From: a virus
Direction: 5' to 3' (one strand)
Length of the DNA stretch: 64,000 bases
Virus record (IMG/VR): IMGVR_UViG_3300028549_000688
A model generated the notes under the pieces. It was not told the origin of the DNA, did not search any database, and saw only the letters and a list, made by a program, of their open reading frames with translations. Shown here one piece after another: positions 62,268 through 64,000 of this stretch. Made by a program: the position numbers and the translations under genes. The stretch's first letter is position 1; each line of letters opens with the position of its first letter.

Positions 62268-62497
62268 AAACCACCGATTACACGCGGGGCACACTGCGCC
62301 CCACAGAGTGGGACATGGCATACATGAACAAACCTACTGATCTCAGCGACAAGTACCCGGACTGCTTCGGCAGTCTGGAACGCATCGAAAACGATAAGCT
62401 GGAAAAACGCATCCGCTGGGTGTCACGTCTCATCACCGTAATCATCGCAGTCAGCGCAGCCATGGCGCTGCTGCACTTCTTGGAGAGATTTCAATGA
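62264..62497 (+). CDS. 77-aa tail-anchored membrane protein
   Basis: GTGA coupling. C-terminal LITVIIAVSAAMALLHF. Confidence 0.55.
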   Translation: MKTTDYTRGTLRPTEWDMAYMNKPTDLSDKYPDCFGSLERIENDKLEKRIRWVSRLITVIIAVSAAMALLHFLERFQ

Positions 62498-62853
62498 GTC
62501 TAGCCTCAACGACCGTGTACTTGTACATCGGCTTCGACAACCAACGCCGCAAGGGTAACGGCGAGTGGCCACATGAACTTGGTGGCCATCTTGAGCTGGT
62601 CGACTGGCTCGAAATGTTCGCCGGAGTTCTCGAAGATCAGTACACCAGCATGTACGCCGATCTCGACCTCGGCTGTGTGTTCGACTACGAGATCACTGAG
62701 GGTCTTGGAGCTTGGCTCTACGACAACACCTGCGCGGACCCATCCGACTTCCGTGCCGAGGCCAACCACCTCGTAGCGTTGCAGGTGGAGGAAGACAACA
62801 AGGCCCTCGCACTGTGGCGGGACAACGACAAACGACTTGGAGGCGAGAAATGA
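62494..62853 (+). CDS. 119-aa hypothetical protein
   Basis: ATGA coupling. Confidence 0.55.
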   Translation: MSLASTTVYLYIGFDNQRRKGNGEWPHELGGHLELVDWLEMFAGVLEDQYTSMYADLDLGCVFDYEITEGLGAWLYDNTCADPSDFRAEANHLVALQVEEDNKALALWRDNDKRLGGEK

Positions 62854-63119
62854 CCCAACGTGTTTTGACCCTGACCATGCCTGTCATCTCGACAGCGCAT
62901 ATCCCGCGCCCTGACTCCATCGAGGACAGTGGCTACCTCTATGCAGCCTATGACTGCGGCTGGTTCTTCTTCGTGGACGACCAGCCAGACCTCGATGACA
63001 AGTGGGTGTGTGACCTGCGCACATGGCTCGACAACAACGGGTTCGCTGGAGACAACTGGGTGCGGCTTGACGCGGACGGTGATCGCCTCGACGGCCTTCC
63101 ACTTTACACATGGGAGTGA
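62850..63119 (+). CDS. 89-aa hypothetical protein
   Basis: ATGA coupling at 62850. Confidence 0.55.
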   Translation: MTQRVLTLTMPVISTAHIPRPDSIEDSGYLYAAYDCGWFFFVDDQPDLDDKWVCDLRTWLDNNGFAGDNWVRLDADGDRLDGLPLYTWE

Positions 63120-63122
63120 AGC

Positions 63123-63332
63123 ATGAGAGTCCAGATCAAACCATGTATCCGTACCCACGACAACGATGTGGAATGGTGCGAGGAATCCAACGCCGCGTTC
63201 TTCGGGGTCTACCTAGGGGAACCCGGCAGCTATGACTGGGTGGCAGACTTTGCCACCAAGGGTGAAGCTGAGTGGTACGCAGAGGCGTTGTGTGACAGGC
63301 TTGAACTTGAGGAGCAGGAGGACTTCAAGTGA
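63123..63332 (+). CDS. 69-aa hypothetical protein
   Basis: Tight packing within the operon. Confidence 0.5.
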   Translation: MRVQIKPCIRTHDNDVEWCEESNAAFFGVYLGEPGSYDWVADFATKGEAEWYAEALCDRLELEEQEDFK

Positions 63333-63592
63333 AAACCGTCCTCGTACCGGGCGTAGCCTGGCCTCCGTACAAGCCCACTAAGCAGATCGTACCCAGACCC
63401 AGACCAAACCGCATCACTCCCAACTCAGTGGACGCTATGGCCTATATCAAAGCCCACCCGGGCTGCCTGATCAGCGACGTGGCCCGCGCCATCGGCAAGA
63501 AGTACACCACGGTGTACGACCACGTGAGCAACGGAATCCGGGTTGGGAGGTATCGCAGAGAACAGAAAGGAATCGTATGCGTGTCAAAGTGA
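63329..63592 (+). CDS. 87-aa protein, possible HTH
   Basis: GTGA coupling. ISDVARAIGKKYTTVYDHVSNG resembles a helix-turn-helix. Confidence 0.45.
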   Translation: MKTVLVPGVAWPPYKPTKQIVPRPRPNRITPNSVDAMAYIKAHPGCLISDVARAIGKKYTTVYDHVSNGIRVGRYRREQKGIVCVSK

Positions 63593-63903
63593 ACGGAGCG
63601 TCAGGCGTACAGCTTGACTGGATGGTGACCTACGCACTGTATGGTGAGCAAGCCCATTACATATACAAGCACTCCAAGGTGCGCAACCAGTACTCAGCGA
63701 ACTGGGGCCATGCCGTACCAATCATTGAAGGCGAGGGCATCAGCATTGCAGCACCGTCGCTCATGCGCGAAACATGGGTAGGGTTTTCTCCAAGTTGCGA
63801 AGTTGAAGCCAACGGCCCCACCCCACTGATCGCCGCTATGCGGTGTCTAGTAGCCTCAAGATTAGGGGACGTTGTAGACGTACCGGAGGAAATATGCCAG
63901 TAG
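63577..63903 (+). CDS. 108-aa DUF2591/NinX-like protein
   Basis: LDWMV...NWGHAVPIIE...PLIAAMRCLVASRLGDVVDVP matches my memory of that family. Confidence 0.5.
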   Translation: MRVKVNGASGVQLDWMVTYALYGEQAHYIYKHSKVRNQYSANWGHAVPIIEGEGISIAAPSLMRETWVGFSPSCEVEANGPTPLIAAMRCLVASRLGDVVDVPEEICQ

Positions 63904-64000
63904 CAAAACAACTTGTCGGTCAAAGATTTGGCCGTCTGCTTGTGTCCGACAGAGCAGGGGCACGACATGGACGGGTCACGTGGTCATGCTACTGCGACTG
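63894..64000 (+). CDS. partial CDS (N-terminus only), GQRFGRL...W.C.CD motif
   Basis: GGAGG SD. Runs off the window end. Confidence 0.4.
   Translation, partial: MPVAKQLVGQRFGRLLVSDRAGARHGRVTWSCYCD

Overview
The window reads as a nearly complete genome of a GC-rich temperate, podovirus-like phage, either free or excised. I could run no database search, so every family assignment comes from motifs I recognise by eye.

The genome has two transcription arms.
- The plus-strand arm runs 56732->64000 and continues at 85->16150. It carries small early genes, an AEP-primase/SF3-helicase fusion, many small acidic proteins, a DHH phosphoesterase, an SNF2 helicase, a family-B DNA polymerase, a VRR-NUC nuclease, an ATP-dependent ligase, ThyX, a DUF4224-like protein and a tyrosine integrase.
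- The minus-strand arm runs 56419->16402. It carries TerS, TerL, portal, scaffold, an N4-gp56-like major capsid protein, tailspike and fibre genes, an embedded lysis cassette (holin candidate, T4-lysozyme-type endolysin, Rz with embedded Rz1), and a run of very large virion or ejection proteins that ends in a 2559-aa giant with an HExxH motif.

The arms diverge at a 312-bp control region (56420-56731). They converge at an attP-like region (16151-16401) holding the 3' half of a tRNA-Lys(CUU)-like sequence, GTAGCAAAAA repeats and a bidirectional terminator.

Most noteworthy items:
1. A 47-nt element present twice upstream of early ORFs. It has an identical 27-nt core containing a stem-loop and no sigma70-like promoter.
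2. A low-GC moron island (26.66-28.02 kb) inside the ejection-protein operon. It encodes a lipoprotein, a small acidic protein, a double zinc-ribbon protein and the only opposite-strand gene, with a palindrome between the divergent genes.
3. The mosaic 2559-aa protein.
4. An 895-aa protein with about 13 strictly phased 21-residue repeats.
5. A C14 homopolymer tract.
6. An AT-rich, iteron-like region in front of the primase gene.

The many long antisense ORFs in the track are GC-driven shadows and were rejected.
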